A stretch of 64,000 bases of DNA from Eledone cirrhosa (GCA_964016885.1 OZ024757.1:18104001-18168000), one strand, 5' to 3'; shown: positions 41,490 to 57,020, counted from the stretch's first letter. A program made the numbers and translations. The notes: generated by a model not told the origin, from the sequence alone.

Positions 41490-42061
41490 TACAGATTATA
41501 TATATAATATATAGATAGCCTTAAAGTGAGGATAACAGAAATTATTATTATTATTATTATTATTATTGGTATTATTATTTTGCTAGTTATGCTTCATTAA
41601 ATAATTATACATTGACATTCTCCCTCATTACGAAATATAAGAAACCAAAAGTTTGCTAAACATTAATTCCAAACTGTTTGCCTTTGTTTGGCTTTCATGT
41701 TATTTTTTCAAACTTTATATGTTTTGAATTCTATGTTTCCGTGATACATCTTCCGATGGTTGATTGGATTATCACAATATTGTGTAACAGCTTTCCTCTG
41801 TGCCAGAAAATGTTCGTATTGGAAATCAAATTAAAATGTCGGCTTTGTAAAATTCTTCACTTGAAAATAAAACGATTGAGGATAAATGTCACAAAGATTC
41901 TAAAAAGAGAATTTATTAATTTTTCGCTGTAAAATCGACATATTGTTTAATACAAGATACGATACATTGTGATTATTGGAAAAATGAAACACTACATACT
42001 TCTATATACAGACGTACACATAGAGAGATAGAAAGAGTACACGCACCATATAACAAAGACA

Positions 42062-42108
<47 letters not shown>

Positions 42109-42857
42109 GTACAAACACCATATATGTTTTATGTATATATATATATTATATATATAATATATATGTGTACATATAAATATTTACATCTATGCGCGCGCGC
42201 GTGTGTGTGTGTAGGTGCGTATTAGTGTGTGTTAAAATATGCAAACTTTTAAAAGTTATTGGAAATAATAAAATAAAATAAAATTTTTCAGTGTCATTCT
42301 AATCAAATTATATCTGGTTTCTAAAGGAATGTTAAGAAATACGTTTCACACACAGTTTCTGAAGTGATGAAGTATAAAAATATAAAGAGATTATACTCTG
42401 GAGCTATTAACAATCAACGAAAAACTGATACAATCTATTGAAGTAATATAGAAATTCCTGTAGAAATATTACGAAATTTAGTAATTACTGTTATTTTATT
42501 CCATAAAATATAAATATACAAGAATTTATACTTTATTACCACATAAAATCACTCACTCTCTGAATCTCTTTCTCATATATATTTATATATATATACTTTT
42601 TATTTATTTATTTATATATAGTGTGTGTGAGTGCATATGTATATATATATATATATCTGTCTGTATATATATGCAATGTATGTTTCGATGTATATATATA
42701 TATATATATACCTATATATGTGAGTATATATATATATATATATAGGAACCAGTAAGACCCCGACGGCTGAGCTCAAGCCGTTTCGACGGCTAATTCTGGA
42801 CTATATATATATGTGTGTGTGTGTCTGTATATATATATATATGCCTATGGATGTTCC

Positions 42858-42906
<49 letters not shown>

Positions 42907-43727
42907 ATATATGTGAGTATATGTGAGTATATATATGTGTCTGTATATATATATGCCTATGTATGTTTCGATGTATATATATATATACCTATATATGTGA
43001 GTATATATATATGTGCGTGTGTGCGTGTGCGTGTGCGTGTGCGTGTGTGTGTGTGTTCGTGTTTGTGTGTGTGAATATATATGCGCACGTATGTATGTGC
43101 ATATACATAAACATGGACATAGATTTATACATGTAGCTAGTGGCCAATGTTCGGAGAGATTCTGTGGCAGTCATCCCGAGATTGAAAGCCTTAGGAGAGT
43201 GACATTTCCATATGTCATCCCGAAAGTGAAAGCCTTAGCAGAGTGACATTTCCATATCTCTTGTTAATCTAAGCCGAAGGAATATTATAGGTCAGAATCA
43301 CTAAGATTTCTGTCCGACGGCAACAACAATAAAACACAATGTGTGTGCGACACACACACACACACGCACACACACACATACACACACACACAAGGTATTA
43401 TATATTATAAAAAGTAACCCAGATTTTACAACACATTTTTATTCAATTTAAACTTCAAACTATAGAGCGTTATTTTAACGTCGGATCATCTGATTATATA
43501 TATATATATATATATATATTCAGGTTTGAGGTGGTCAATTCCGTATGGTCAGTCTCAATGTAATAATATAGAGATTTTCAGCCCCATGGATTTTATCTAT
43601 TACATTCATTTATTATATTTCGAATACCTGATGATATCACCGGACTCATACGGAACGCGGTCATTGAAATGATCATAGCATAATAATCCTTTCAAGGATT
43701 TACACAAATCCAGCCTCCTGTCATTTC

Positions 43728-43805
<78 letters not shown>

Positions 43806-43885
43806 GTATGTATATATATAAAAAAAGAAACTGTGTATTTTTGAAAATAGCATATATTTTCACTAGCTCTGACAGTTTGGCAGGT

Positions 43886-43947
43886 GAACAGTGAGCTGTA
43901 CTGATGAAGGGTGATACCCAGAAACATTAGGGTCTGCAGTTCTGTTC
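43886..43947 (+). ncRNA. Type I hammerhead ribozyme
   Basis: GAACAG..GCTGTA-CTGATGA-A-GGGT-GAT-ACCC-A-GAAAC-ATTAGG-GTC-TGCAGT..CTGTTC; GUC triplet; extended stem I. Confidence 0.75.
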
Positions 43948-44057
43948 GCATGCCAAAACAAGAGCAAGAATGAAGTGTTCATTCTACTGACATGGCTATA
44001 AAATTGAGGCTTGTTTGCATAATTGCAAACGAATCGAATGAAATTATTAATATATAT

Positions 44058-44246
44058 AGGCGGTGGATTGGCAGTATCGGTAGAGGGTCGGACGCCATGA
44101 TTTCCAGCATAGTTACGTCCCTTTACGATCTGAGTTCAAACCCCGCCGAGGTTGACTTTGCCTTTCATCCTTACGGGGTCGATAAAATAAAGTACCAGTA
44201 ATGCACTATGTGATTGCTGGCCTTGTTCCTAAAGTAGAAACAATTA

Positions 44247-44250
<4 letters not shown>
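44058..44250 (+). mobile_element. Full-length SINE family A copy
   Basis: GGCGGTGGATTGGCAGTATCGG..GAGTTCAAACCCC..GTAGAAACAATTATT. Confidence 0.9.
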
Positions 44251-44337
<87 letters not shown>

Positions 44338-44509
44338 GATAATAAATGTGAAAACTAAACATAATAGTACAGATGGAGTGAGAAAGAAAAGATGAAATAG
44401 AATGGAACTAAAAACATTTATTCTGAGAAAAAAACCACGTATTCAGTCAGATATTTTAGAGAATATAAATATATATAAGTTCACAGATTTCAATGGGGTT
44501 TGTCTCAAG

Positions 44510-44790
44510 AAAAGTCTCCTCTGAGGCCTACGGCAAGCAAGATAGTTTGTGGAAGACAAGCAGCCGCCCATCCACACTAGACTTCCCTCCCCTAGCAACT
44601 GATGTTGTCCAAGGGAAAAGCAATCGCGGATACTGCTTGGAACCAAAGACATCGCAACTCCTTTCTACAGCTGAGTAAACTGGAGTGAAGTGAAATAAAG
44701 TATCTTGATCAAGGACACAACGCAAAGCCCGGTCTGAGATTTGAGCTTACAACCTCACGATTGTAAGCCCGATGTTCTAACAACTAAGCC

Positions 44791-44792
<2 letters not shown>
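44510..44792 (-). mobile_element. tRNA-derived SINE family B (CORE-like body)
   Basis: Minus strand TGGCTTAGTTGTTAG..CTCAAATCTC..TGTGTCCTTGATCAAGATACTTTATTTCAC; relative at about 50940-51185. Confidence 0.7.
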
Positions 44793-45993
<1,201 letters not shown>

Positions 45994-46019
45994 CTACACA
46001 GCTGTCACCAGCTAACAAG

Positions 46020-46390
46020 AGGAAAAGATGAAAAGATTGATCCTCTGTTTGGTTAAGCAGGAAATATGTAACCTGATTTTACATCTACATCTCTTCAGAC
46101 TTCCCTTTCAGATCGATGTATATATACAACTTCTGCATATATTCTGTACGGTGTTGATGTCTAAGACCTTGCCAATAGCCTGCAGCCATTCTAGCAAATC
46201 TTTTTCGCTAGAAGATACACAAACCGCAATGATGCTGCTAAAGATGATATCGTCTGTTCTTAGAAGAATCGAGTGTCAGAGCGTATCTAAACTTTTAGAC
46301 TTGGAGACAGATCAGATGAAATGTGAGGTGACAATATCTATGGGAAAACAGACTTCGATTTATCCAGCTTTTAACGTTATAGACGGTGAA
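46020..46390 (-). pseudogene. Possible decayed R4/Dong-like RT fragment
   Basis: Minus frame LQAIGKVLDINT..KLYIHRSE weakly resembles the RLYxxRxEGG motif. Confidence 0.3.
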
Positions 46391-46429
46391 TTGAATGTTT
46401 TGTGTATTGGTCTCGTGTTTCTCATCTCT

Positions 46430-46700
46430 CTGAGTTCAGATCACGCCGAGGTCAACGTAGCCTTTCATTATTTCGAGGCGGTGGATTGGGAGTATCGGTA
46501 GAGGGTCGGACGCCATGCTTTCCAGCATAGTTACGTCCCTTTATGATCTGAGTTCAAATCCCGCCGAGGTTGACTTACGGGGTCGATAAAATAAAGTACC
46601 AGTAATGCACTGGGTGATTGCTGGCCTTGTGCCTAAAGTAGAAACAATTATTTCGAGTTCGATAAAAAAAACAAAAACAGTACCAGTTAAGTACTGGGGT
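46430..46700 (+). mobile_element. SINE family A copy nested in an older SINE
   Basis: Older central domain is split at about 46475 and 46652 by a near full-length copy. Confidence 0.7.
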
Positions 46701-46904
46701 CGATTCTTTTACTATAGCTATTTCTCATTTTCCACTCTCTCACTAGCTATTGCCTTTTCTGAAGTTTTTAGACATGGCGAGAAGATGGGATCCACCAAGT
46801 TTTATATGCCCCCCCCCCCCCCCCAAAAAAAAATGCTATATGTCACTACGGTGACCCTGCACCTTCATCGGAAGCTTAAGGGATCACACACATACATGCA
46901 TACA

Positions 46905-47553
46905 TGATGGCTGCCCCCTCGTTATCGAGTATGGCCATTGCACAATATAACATTATTAATAATTATCAATTAATGCTTTAGTGCAATGCTTATGCGTGAA
47001 GATTTTTTTTCAAAGTGAGGAAATAGTGTGCACAGAGCCAATCCCACTCTCTGAGCAACAGTAGCTATAACCTGAAAAGAAGAAAAGATCAACACCATCG
47101 GTAACTACTGAGTCGCAGGTTTTATGTATATGCTTGTATGTATGAATGTAGAGATGACCCCTTAGCCTTTGTCAAGGCAGAATTCTAGGAGAAGGAAAAC
47201 TCTGATATAACACCTGCAACTCTGATGGTATCCAATGATGTTGACTTGTTCTTCTTTTTGGTAAATATCATCTTAGTTAAGAGAGTGGGACTGGCTTTGT
47301 GCAGTGCCTTTGCTCACTATAAAAGCTTCACGGCACAGGCATTGCTTTATATCTGGAGATCTCTCTGCACTTGTCGTCACATGGTACCATGGGCCCGGCA
47401 CTATGTGTCAATAATTGTCACAAGTGTAGTGTCTGTACCAGAGTTTTCAAGTCGCTGGCTGGACTAAAAAGTCACACTTGTTCAGCGCATCGGTAGGGGT
47501 TCTCCTACATGGATATGAAGTAGTGGCCGTACTCGAAAACGAGTTGGCAGCCA

Positions 47554-47557
<4 letters not shown>
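46905..47557. mobile_element. Two RTE-derivative fragments (minus 46905-47125, plus 47153-47557)
   Basis: Homology to 39030-39435. Confidence 0.7.
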
Positions 47558-47606
<49 letters not shown>

Positions 47607-47779
47607 TATACATTCATACATACAAGCATATACATACACACACACACATATATATATATATATACATATATACGTAGATATATATACATACATTCATACA
47701 TACAAGCATATACATACACACATATATATATATACATATATATATATATGCATACCTTCATACATACAAGCATATACAT

Positions 47780-47812
<33 letters not shown>

Positions 47813-48152
47813 CATATATATATATGCCTACATTCATACATACAAGCATATACATACACACACATATATATATATATATACACACAGTATATATATATGT
47901 GTGTGTGTGTGTGTGTATATGCTTGTATTATGAATGTATGTATATATATATTTACTCTTTTACCTGTTTCAGCCATCCGGCTGAGGCCATGCTGGGGCAC
48001 CGCCCTTGATATGTATATATATATATATGTATATATATATATACATACATACATATATATATATATACATACATATATATATACATACATTCATACATAC
48101 AAGCATATACATACACACACACACACATATATATATATACATATATATACAT

Positions 48153-48199
<47 letters not shown>

Positions 48200-48201
<2 letters not shown>

Positions 48202-50139
48202 GTGTTTCCCCCATTATAAGCCACACCCAAAATTAAGCCGTAGCACTATATTTCAGGAAGGATTTAATATAAGCCATGCCCCGAAAATAAGCCGTTGCAA
48301 AGATGAACGCCAAAAGAAAGAAATGGCCAGCTATGAAAATTGGCGCAGCAGCCATTATAGAACAGGATTGTTTCTTAATGCAAAACTAACTGATAAGCGG
48401 GTGTATAAGAAGTTTGTGGAATGCGCGGAAGTGAACAAATCGATAATGAAATTAACGAAAGGAAAGGGGGAAGTGCGTGTAATCAATATTAATATTGTTT
48501 ATGCAAATGCGGGTACAAACCGGAAGTAATGGCTTATCAGTAACTTCAGGGGAGAAGATCATTTTCAGCCCTAGACAAGATGAAAGGAAGTAAGAGTTAT
48601 ACAGTCGAGAAACGAATTGTGGAGGAATCACTGGGCAGGAATCTTACTATTTGCTGCAAAGAAAAGAATCTGGATCTCCGAATAGTTCAAAGATGGAGAA
48701 TGGACTACGATAAACTCAGTCAGAACATGGACGAGGGAAATGCAAAGAAACGTAAGCGTGGATCTGGTCGACAACCGACATTTCTTGAGGTGGAAGACAC
48801 CAATATGTGAATCGATTGCTTAAGGAAGAGTCAGAGCTTTGGTCGTTCACAGGGCTGATATTCAAACATTGGCCCTTACACGTGTACTAGAGTTTGGTAT
48901 AGTTCCAGGAGGATTCAAAGCATCATAACACTGGCTGGATAACTTCCTTTAGCGACCCGAATTTTCTCTGAGAAGAAGATCGACAACACTGTTCAAACTG
49001 GACGATACTGAGATTATTATACGCGCACTCGCATTTAAGTCTTTTGTTGATGGAATAGACTTTTCTAACTACCGTCTCCCCAAAATGATTGCTATAGATG
49101 AAACAGCAGTATTGATGGGTCAAAGCTCTCAATCTACACATTGAGCAAAGGGGTGCGTCGTCAATTTATATTCCATCCACTGGTTACGAAAGTGCACAAG
49201 TTACGTGTATCTTGGCAATTCGTCTCGACGGAAGTAAAGCCCCACCTCTTATCATCACTAAAGGCAAGAAATATAATATTGAACACGTTTCAGGTATGTG
49301 TGTTCTGGAAACTGAAAAGGCGTGGTGCACACAGGCAGTTTTAAGGAAATGGGTCGATTTCATGCTGCCATTGATTTTGCGTGGAACCCAAAGAGGTCTC
49401 ATAGTCTGGGATTCAGCCAGCACGCACCGCGCCAACGATATGAAGAACTTTCTTGCAGAAAGAAGAATCGATCAACTCATGATTCCCGCAGGAATGACCG
49501 CCTATCTCCAGACTCTTAACATCGCACTGAATAAACCATTCAAGAACCATCTACGCATGGAAATAAATGACTATATCGAAAACAGAATGGCGAGAAATGA
49601 GCGGGGAAATTTCGTGAAGCCCAGCCTTCAAGAGATCGTGACTTGGGTGGGAAATTCATGGAACAAAATTACAGATAGCTGTGACATGAATGCACTACGA
49701 GCAGGCTATCTGGATAAGAACTCTCCATTCAATTCGACCTCTATCGCTCAACATGAAAGACTAGGGACGAAAATTCTGCAGGCAATTGAGTCACAAGAAT
49801 ATTCCACTGGAATCATTGAATCCACTGATTTGGAAAATAATGACATTCCAGAGCAGAATGACATGATCATTTTTGAATAAATTAGTGGATTATTTCGCTC
49901 ATGAGTTTTTGAATTAAAGGGTCTGTTAATTTTTTAATAAATTTGATCTTTCAAGTAAACGTTGCGCGTAAATGCCGATTGTTTTTTCGCAATTTCCAAC
50001 CATTTAGCGAATTTGTAATTTTCAGTTTCGTAGTGTCGTTGTTTCGGTATATGAACCTCCTCCCCCGAAAATAAGCCGTAGTGGTACATTTCGGTGTAAA
50101 AATTAATATAAGCCACGGTTTATAATCGGAGAGACGCGG
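48200..50139 (+). mobile_element. pogo/Tigger-family DNA transposon with both TIRs, in a TA tract
   Basis: Imperfect TIRs CCGTGTTTCCCCCATTATAAGCC / GGTTTATAATCGGAGAGACGCGG; TA flanks; repeated subterminal ATAAGCC words. Confidence 0.9.
48580..49880 (+). pseudogene. pogo-type DDE transposase pseudogene
   Basis: AIDET, IVWDSASTH, IPAGMTAYLQTLNIALNKPFK (third catalytic D replaced by N); frameshifted N-terminal DNA-binding region. Confidence 0.88.
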
Positions 50140-51214
50140 TATATATATATATAAAAGCACACACACCTATACATATCAATTATATCTATACATATGTGTG
50201 TGTGTAAATAAACATTTAAGTGTCGAGTGAATTGAAATATGTTTTACAATGAAGAAAATCTCACAACGCAATAGGGTTGCTGTGAAATAAGCTTCAGAAA
50301 ATCTGGTAAAATAAACTTTATAGACAGAAAAAGTGGACAGCAGCCCCTACACAATATCGAACTCTAAACCTTTTAAATTCTCGCTGTTCGTGCTGTAGCA
50401 TTGAGTTAAACGACCCCTGATAACACACACATATATATATGCGAAAAGTAAACGGATAAACAACAGACGATGAAGTATAATGAAGATTATATTAGTTTTA
50501 AACTTACTGTATTATACACACACATCTCTCTCTCCCTCCCTCTCTTTTTCTCTCTCTATATAAATATGTAAATATATATATATATATTATATATATATGA
50601 GTGTGTGTCAGTTAGGTGGTCTCTTCGACAACTTCACAATTCACACGGAATCTAATGTTAATAAGAAACCATTTTAAAGTTGTAGTTTGTTAACGAGACT
50701 ATTATTACAGTTTTCACATGAAACACAAATTGATGCTATTCAATTCAATTTCTTTCCTTTTGTAGAATCTTCACATTCCATTTTTTACATGTAACTTCCA
50801 GGGATTACACAACACTGACAACCTTTTGGTATCTTCAACATGATTTCTTATCTCCTGGTGGTATCAGAAACGAAACAAAAACAAAATATATCAAGTTTTG
50901 TATTCATTTGTGTGCACTACGTGTCGCATGAAATGGGCTTCCGTCTGTTTCGACGGATGTGTATTTCAATTGCCCATTGTTTCATTTCCCTTCGCACCAC
51001 AGGTATTGTCCAAGGTAGGTGCAAAGGCCGATACAGATTGGCCCCACTGACGTCACAATACATTTCTACACACATGGAGCAACGTGTAATATGTGTCTTG
51101 CTCAAAGGCACAACGCATCAACTCGTCCGATATTCAAACAATCCGATTGAGAATCCACCGTACTAACCTCTGTGCCATCCGTCATTGAACGAAGATAATA
51201 TATATATATATATG

Positions 51215-51441
51215 TATTATATTAACAGATTAAAGTGTAAGCAAAGAATCGCTGCTTTCATCCTTAACGGGATCCTCTCAAACTGTTTCAGAAGATCCCG
51301 TTAAGGGTGAAAGCAGCGATTCTCTGCTTAAACTTTGATTTGTTATTTTAATAAATATTTGCTCTAAGGTTCTTATATATTTGGTATATATTTATCCTTA
51401 TCTAGCCCTCTTTGGTGTTTACTCTTCACATTTATTATTAT
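51215..51441. mobile_element. Family H3 module with inverted 5' segment
   Basis: Minus partial copy 51215-51278 set head-to-head with a plus copy from 51289. Confidence 0.7.
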
Positions 51442-51570
51442 TCCCTTTATGATCTGAGTTCAAATCCCGCCGAGGTTAACTTTGCCTTTCATCCTTACGG
51501 GGTCGATAAAATAAAGTACCAGTAATGTACTGGGATAATTGTGCCTAAAATAGAAACAATTATTATTTTT
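51442..51570 (+). mobile_element. Truncated SINE family A copy
   Basis: B box through 3' end. Confidence 0.8.
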
Positions 51571-51582
51571 TATTAATATATA

Positions 51583-52420
51583 CGAGGTGTGTCAGAAAAG
51601 TTCCAGGACTGATGTCACAACAGATTTATTTCAAACCCAAACTCCCCCTGGAGTCTAATGCACTTTTCCATCCTTTTCTGCCACGCTTGCATGCACTCTT
51701 GGAAGGATTCTTCCGGGATCCTCCGCAGTTCCGTCGTCACAGCTTTTTTGATGTCGTCCACGTCTTCAAAACGGGTCCCCTCCGGGTCGTACTCGAAGAT
51801 CCATGACTCATCCCCGGTGATGACTGTCCATAGCAAGTCCGGTTCGGTTTCAAGACGCTCGAGGATGTCCTGGCACACTTGCATGCGTCGACCCTTCTGG
51901 TCATCGTTCAGCAGTTTTGGCACCATCTTCGAAGATGCAGCAGACTTTCCGCATGTCCAAATCTTCAGTGAGAATCTTTCAGACGCTGTCCCGATTCATG
52001 CCCAGCTCATTTGCCATCAGTCGAACAGTCAGCCGACGATTGCTATGCACAATCTCCCTGACGCGCTCAACGTTGACCTCAGTCCTGGTTGTTGAGGGCC
52101 TTCCGCATCTTGCACCACTCAAAAACACGTGAACGTGACATCGTCTAATCTCCATACACTTGCTGCAGCAATCCCAGTGCTTCTGAGGGAGTTTTCCCCA
52201 ACCGTACCAGAAACTTCAACTTTGTTCGTTGCTTGACGACCTGAAACAAAGGACATGTATATAAAAGTATGAAGAAAAAAGTTTGATCGCTGCAGAGAAC
52301 TAAGATTACAGTTACATACTCCAGGGGGATTACTTTGAAGGAGAAAACTCTTAGTGTGAAGTTTGGGTTTGAAATAAATCTTTTGTAACATCAGTCCTGG
52401 AACTTTTCTGACACACCTCG
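51583..52420 (-). mobile_element. Internally deleted mariner element
   Basis: Terminal inverted repeats of about 60 bp starting CGAGGTGTGTCAGAAAAGTTCCAGGACTGATGT; TA on both sides; MVPKLL..ITGDESWIFEYDPE and C-terminal WQKRMEKCI..GE. Confidence 0.93.
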
Positions 52421-52779
52421 TATACAGGTACATATATTACTGAACTTGTATTTCACGTTAAACACACAGGGACATCAGTAAATAATAATAACGATATTTA
52501 TATATGAAAATATAGATGTACATATCTCTATCTCGGGGGTTATTTTTTTTTGTGTGTCCTATTCTTTATTTTGATTCTAACCAAATTCTATCTCTTAAGA
52601 ATAAAAACCCCTGAAATTTCCATCTGACATTTAAGAAGTAGCGATATAGACTAGTTTCAAATATCTCCAGAATATTTAGCTAAATGTCAAATAAGTAGTA
52701 CTACTATAGCTGTCAAAACCTACTCACAGTCATTCTGCTTTTATTGTGCAAGTTAAACTCTCCATCTAGTAGAAACAAG

Positions 52780-52975
52780 GCTGGTGGATTGGCAATATCG
52801 CTAGAGGGTCTGACGCCATGCTTGGCAGCAAAGAGTTACGGCCCTTGCCATTCTGAGTTCGAATGCCGCCGAGGTTAATTTGCCTTTCATCCTTACGGGG
52901 TCGATAAAATATAGTACCAGTAATGTACTGGGTAATTGCTGGCCTTGTGCCAAAAGTAGAAACAATTATTATTAC
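52780..52975 (+). mobile_element. SINE family A copy
   Basis: A/B boxes, central domain and tail. Confidence 0.85.
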
Positions 52976-53487
52976 TTGTAACCAAAATGAGTAAACGACA
53001 AAACATCACCAAACTACAATGAGTAGAATCATATCTAACAGAATAGATTAGTCTGTGTAAGAGGATACAAGTGTTTTAAAGTATAGAATGATGGCCGCCT
53101 CGCAACCAAAACACATCTCACTACTTTTGTGTATTATTGTTGTTGGTAATTTTTGTAGTTTAAGTGTTGTTTTTACTGATGTACTTTTGATAGGAAGAAT
53201 AGCCAAGCCGGTACGGAAATGGAGTCGCTGTGATATTTGATCCTAAGTACAACAGTCGTCTTTGTTGTATATTTGATCCTAAGTACAACAGTCATATCTG
53301 CTGTATATATGATCGCCAAGTGAAGCTTAAGACAAAATCGTTAATAACTACGAATTATGAACTATGGTGATAAAATAGACACGAGATGTGCAGGAAAAAA
53401 TGTATAATACAGCAATACATATACGAACACACAAATATACACACTCACACACACACATATATATATGTACATACAGACTCATGTATA

Positions 53488-53612
<125 letters not shown>

Positions 53613-53633
53613 TTGTGTGTGTGTGTGTGTATA

Positions 53634-53670
<37 letters not shown>

Positions 53671-53683
53671 GTATGTGTGTATT

Positions 53684-53750
<67 letters not shown>

Positions 53751-53802
53751 GCACACAAATACACACATATACACATCCTTGAAAGGATGAAAGAAATGCT
53801 AT

Positions 53803-54115
53803 GTTAACCTCGGCGGGATTTGAACTGAGAAGGTAAAGAGTCGGAACAACAACTGCTAGGCATCTGCCAGAGACTTGAACGATTCTTCCAATCCCCTAAA
53901 TTAATAATTGTAATAAACTGTAATAATAATTGTTTATACTTTTGGCACAAGGCCAGCAAGTACCCAATACCATTACTGGTACTTTATTTTATCGACCCCG
54001 TAAGGATGAAAGGCAAAGTTAACCTCGGCGGGATTCGAACTCAGAAATTAAAGAGCCGGAACTCCATGCTGTGCAGAACATGGTGTCTGACGCTCTACCG
54101 ATACACTAATCCAGA
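53803..54115 (-). mobile_element. Two SINE family A-related copies
   Basis: AACCTCGGCGGGATT(T/C)GAACT occurs twice. Confidence 0.75.
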
Positions 54116-54719
54116 ACTAAAGTCAACTAGGAACAGTTTTAAGAGGTGACTGCACCTTATAGTTTATCAAACACATTAATATTTACATTCGTATCGATTA
54201 ATCTCCACAATGTAAATGTTAACAATAAACATATTAGTAATAAACATACTAATAATGTATAGACCAGTTATAAATAGACCAGTTATAAGCAGATTAGAAA
54301 TATATTTTAATAATTTGTATCTTTTAATAATGATTTCGTTTGTTGTTGATAAATGTTGAGTACATTTCAGAGAAGACAAGGTCGAGATACATGAGTTTCA
54401 CACTGAGAGAAGTGGACATCATAATCTTATTTTTCTTAATCCCATAATTTCTGATAGAGTCGGTGGAGCTACCGTTGGGTCATACGGCGTTTCCTAGGTA
54501 TTTTTAAAACCTCGTGGAGTCCACCTCCTCTCACGATCTGAACCACAGCAGATTTTTACCAAGAAAACGATAGAAAGTGAGAGAGATCTAGAGGAAAATT
54601 CGACCCCAATATTAAACTGGTACTTTTTTTTATCAACTTCAAAAGGATGGATGAAAGGCAAAGTAGAACTCGGCATAATGCGAACTCAGACAGCCGAAGC
54701 AATTACTGCAAATTATTCT

Positions 54720-55335
54720 GAAACTGTTCCGAGAGGTGGCCATTAACTTTGACCACCCAGCAGATGCCACTGTGCATTGCAGTGATCCAGCTTATGAAGA
54801 CGGGGCCGAAAGCAAGCTGCCTTGAGGACAGCCTCCAGATACCGATGGTCGACCCTATCGAATGCTTTTGATTGATCTAAATTTATCAGAGTCCCATCGA
54901 AGCCAGGTTTACATCCTACCCTTTCTATGATGTATCAGATGAGGTGAAGGTTGTCGCGTATGGACCTGTTCAGGATTGCGCAAAATGTGCGCCTTCCCAA
55001 CCAAATCCCCGACGACAAGCGCCAACCTCTTTACTAACACCTTGGCCAACATCTTAAACTCTGTGTTGAGCAGAGTTATGGGTCTGAAGTTTTCTCATGT
55101 GTCCCGCTCGTTCTCGTCTTTTCGTATCAGCGTCACTGCCCGTTGCGGTAGAGCGCTTCGAGGAGATCCGAGAACAAGGATGACTTGCGCCTCGTGCAGC
55201 CGACAGGGGCATCATGAATTTCGGCTGAGGTTATCGACCTGTCGCAGCTTTCAGCATCAACCGTCGAGAGACGCGGTAAAACGTCGAGGTAGGGACTGAA
55301 GTCTGCTACTGTCTCGGACCCACCACACACCACGA
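54720..55335 (-). pseudogene. Tx1/L1-like reverse transcriptase fragment
   Basis: ITSAEI..; NFRPITLLNTEFKMLAKVLVKRL; DQSKAFDRVDHRYL. Confidence 0.85.
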
Positions 55336-55337
55336 AC

Positions 55338-57020
55338 AATATAGTTTGACTGTGGTGTGTAATATAGTTTGACTGTGGTGGGTAATATAGTTTGACTGTG
55401 GTGTGTAATATAGTTTGACTGTGGTGGGTAATATAGTTTGACTGTGGTGTGTAATATAGTTTGACTGTGGTGTGTAATATAGTTTGACTGTGGTGTGTAA
55501 TATAGTTTGACTGTGGTGGGTAATATAGTTTGACTGTGGTGTGTAATATAGTTTGACTGTGGTGTGTAATATAGTTTGACTGTGGTGGGTAATATAGTTT
55601 GACTGTGGTGGGTAATATAGTTTGACTGTGGTGGGTAATATAGTTTGACTGTGGTGTGTAATATAGTTTGACTGTGGTGGGTAATATAGTTTGACTGTGG
55701 TGTGTAATATAGTTTGACTGTGGTGGGTAATATAGTTTGACTGTGGTGTGTAATATAGTTTGACTGTGGTGTGTAATATAGTTTGACTGTGGTGTGTAAT
55801 ATAGTTTGACTGTGGTGGGTAATATAGTTTGACTGTGGTGTGTAATATAGTTTGACTGTGGTGTGTAATATAGTTTGACTGTGGTGGGTAATATAGTTTG
55901 ACTGTGGTGGGTAATATAGTTTGACTGTGGTGGGTAATATAGTTTGACTGTGGTGTGTAATATAGTTTGACTGTGGTGGGTAATATAGTTTGACTGTGGC
56001 GTGTAATATAGTTTGACTGTGGTGTGTAATATAGTTTGACTGTGGTGTGTAATATAGTTTGACTGTGGTGTGTAATATAGTTTGACTGTGGTGTGTAATA
56101 TAGTTTGACTGTGGTGGGTAATATAGTTTGACTGTGGTGTGTAATATAGTTTGACTGTGGTGTGTAATATAGTTTGACTGTGGTGTGTAATATAGTTTGA
56201 CTGTGGTGGGTAATATAGTTTGACTGTGGTGTGTAATATAGTTTGACTGTGGTGTGTAATATAGTTTGACTGTGGTGGGTAATATAGTTTGACTGTGGTG
56301 TGTAATATAGTTTGACTGTGGTGGGTAATATAGTTTGACTGTGGTGTGTAATATAGTTTGACTGTGGTGTGTAATATAATTTGACTGTGGTGTGTAATAT
56401 AGTTTGACTGTGGTGGGTAATATAGTTTGACTGTGGTGTGTAATATAGTTTGACTGTGGTGGGTAATATAGTTTGACTGTGGCGTGTAATATAGTTTGAC
56501 TGTGGTGTGTAATATAGTTTGACTGTGGTGTGTAATATAGTTTGACTGTGGTGTGTAATATAGTTTGACTGTGGTGTGTAATATAGTTTGACTGTGGTGG
56601 GTAATATAGTTTGACTGTGGTGTGTAATATAGTTTGACTGTGGTGTGTAATATAGTTTGACTGTGGTGTGTAATATAGTTTGACTGTGGTGGGTAATATA
56701 GTTTGACTGTGGTGTGTAATATAGTTTGACTGTGGTGTGTAATATAGTTTGACTGTGGTGGGTAATATAGTTTGACTGTGGTGTGTAATATAGTTTGACT
56801 GTGGTGGGTAATATAGTTTGACTGTGGTGTGTAATATAGTTTGACTGTGGTGTGTAATATAATTTGACTGTGGTGTGTAATATAGTTTGACTGTGGTGGG
56901 TAATATAGTTTGACTGTGGTGTGTAATATAGTTTGACTGTGGTGGGTAATATAGTTTGACTGTGGTGTATAATATAGTTTGACTGTGGTGGGTAATATAG
57001 TTTGACAGGGGTGTGTAATT
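55338..57020. repeat. 23-bp minisatellite, about 73 copies
   Basis: Unit AATATAGTTTGACTGTGGTG(T/G)GT. Confidence 0.97.

Noticed and set aside
43626-43680. CTGATGA..GAAA candidate hammerhead
   Set aside because: No convincing stems I and II by eye
44058-44150. tRNA genes suggested by A/B boxes
   Set aside because: SINE heads continuing into a shared body and tail; no complete cloverleaf seen
54365-54500. Possible host exon after TTTCAG
   Set aside because: Short frame with no recognisable protein and no partner exons; cannot be supported
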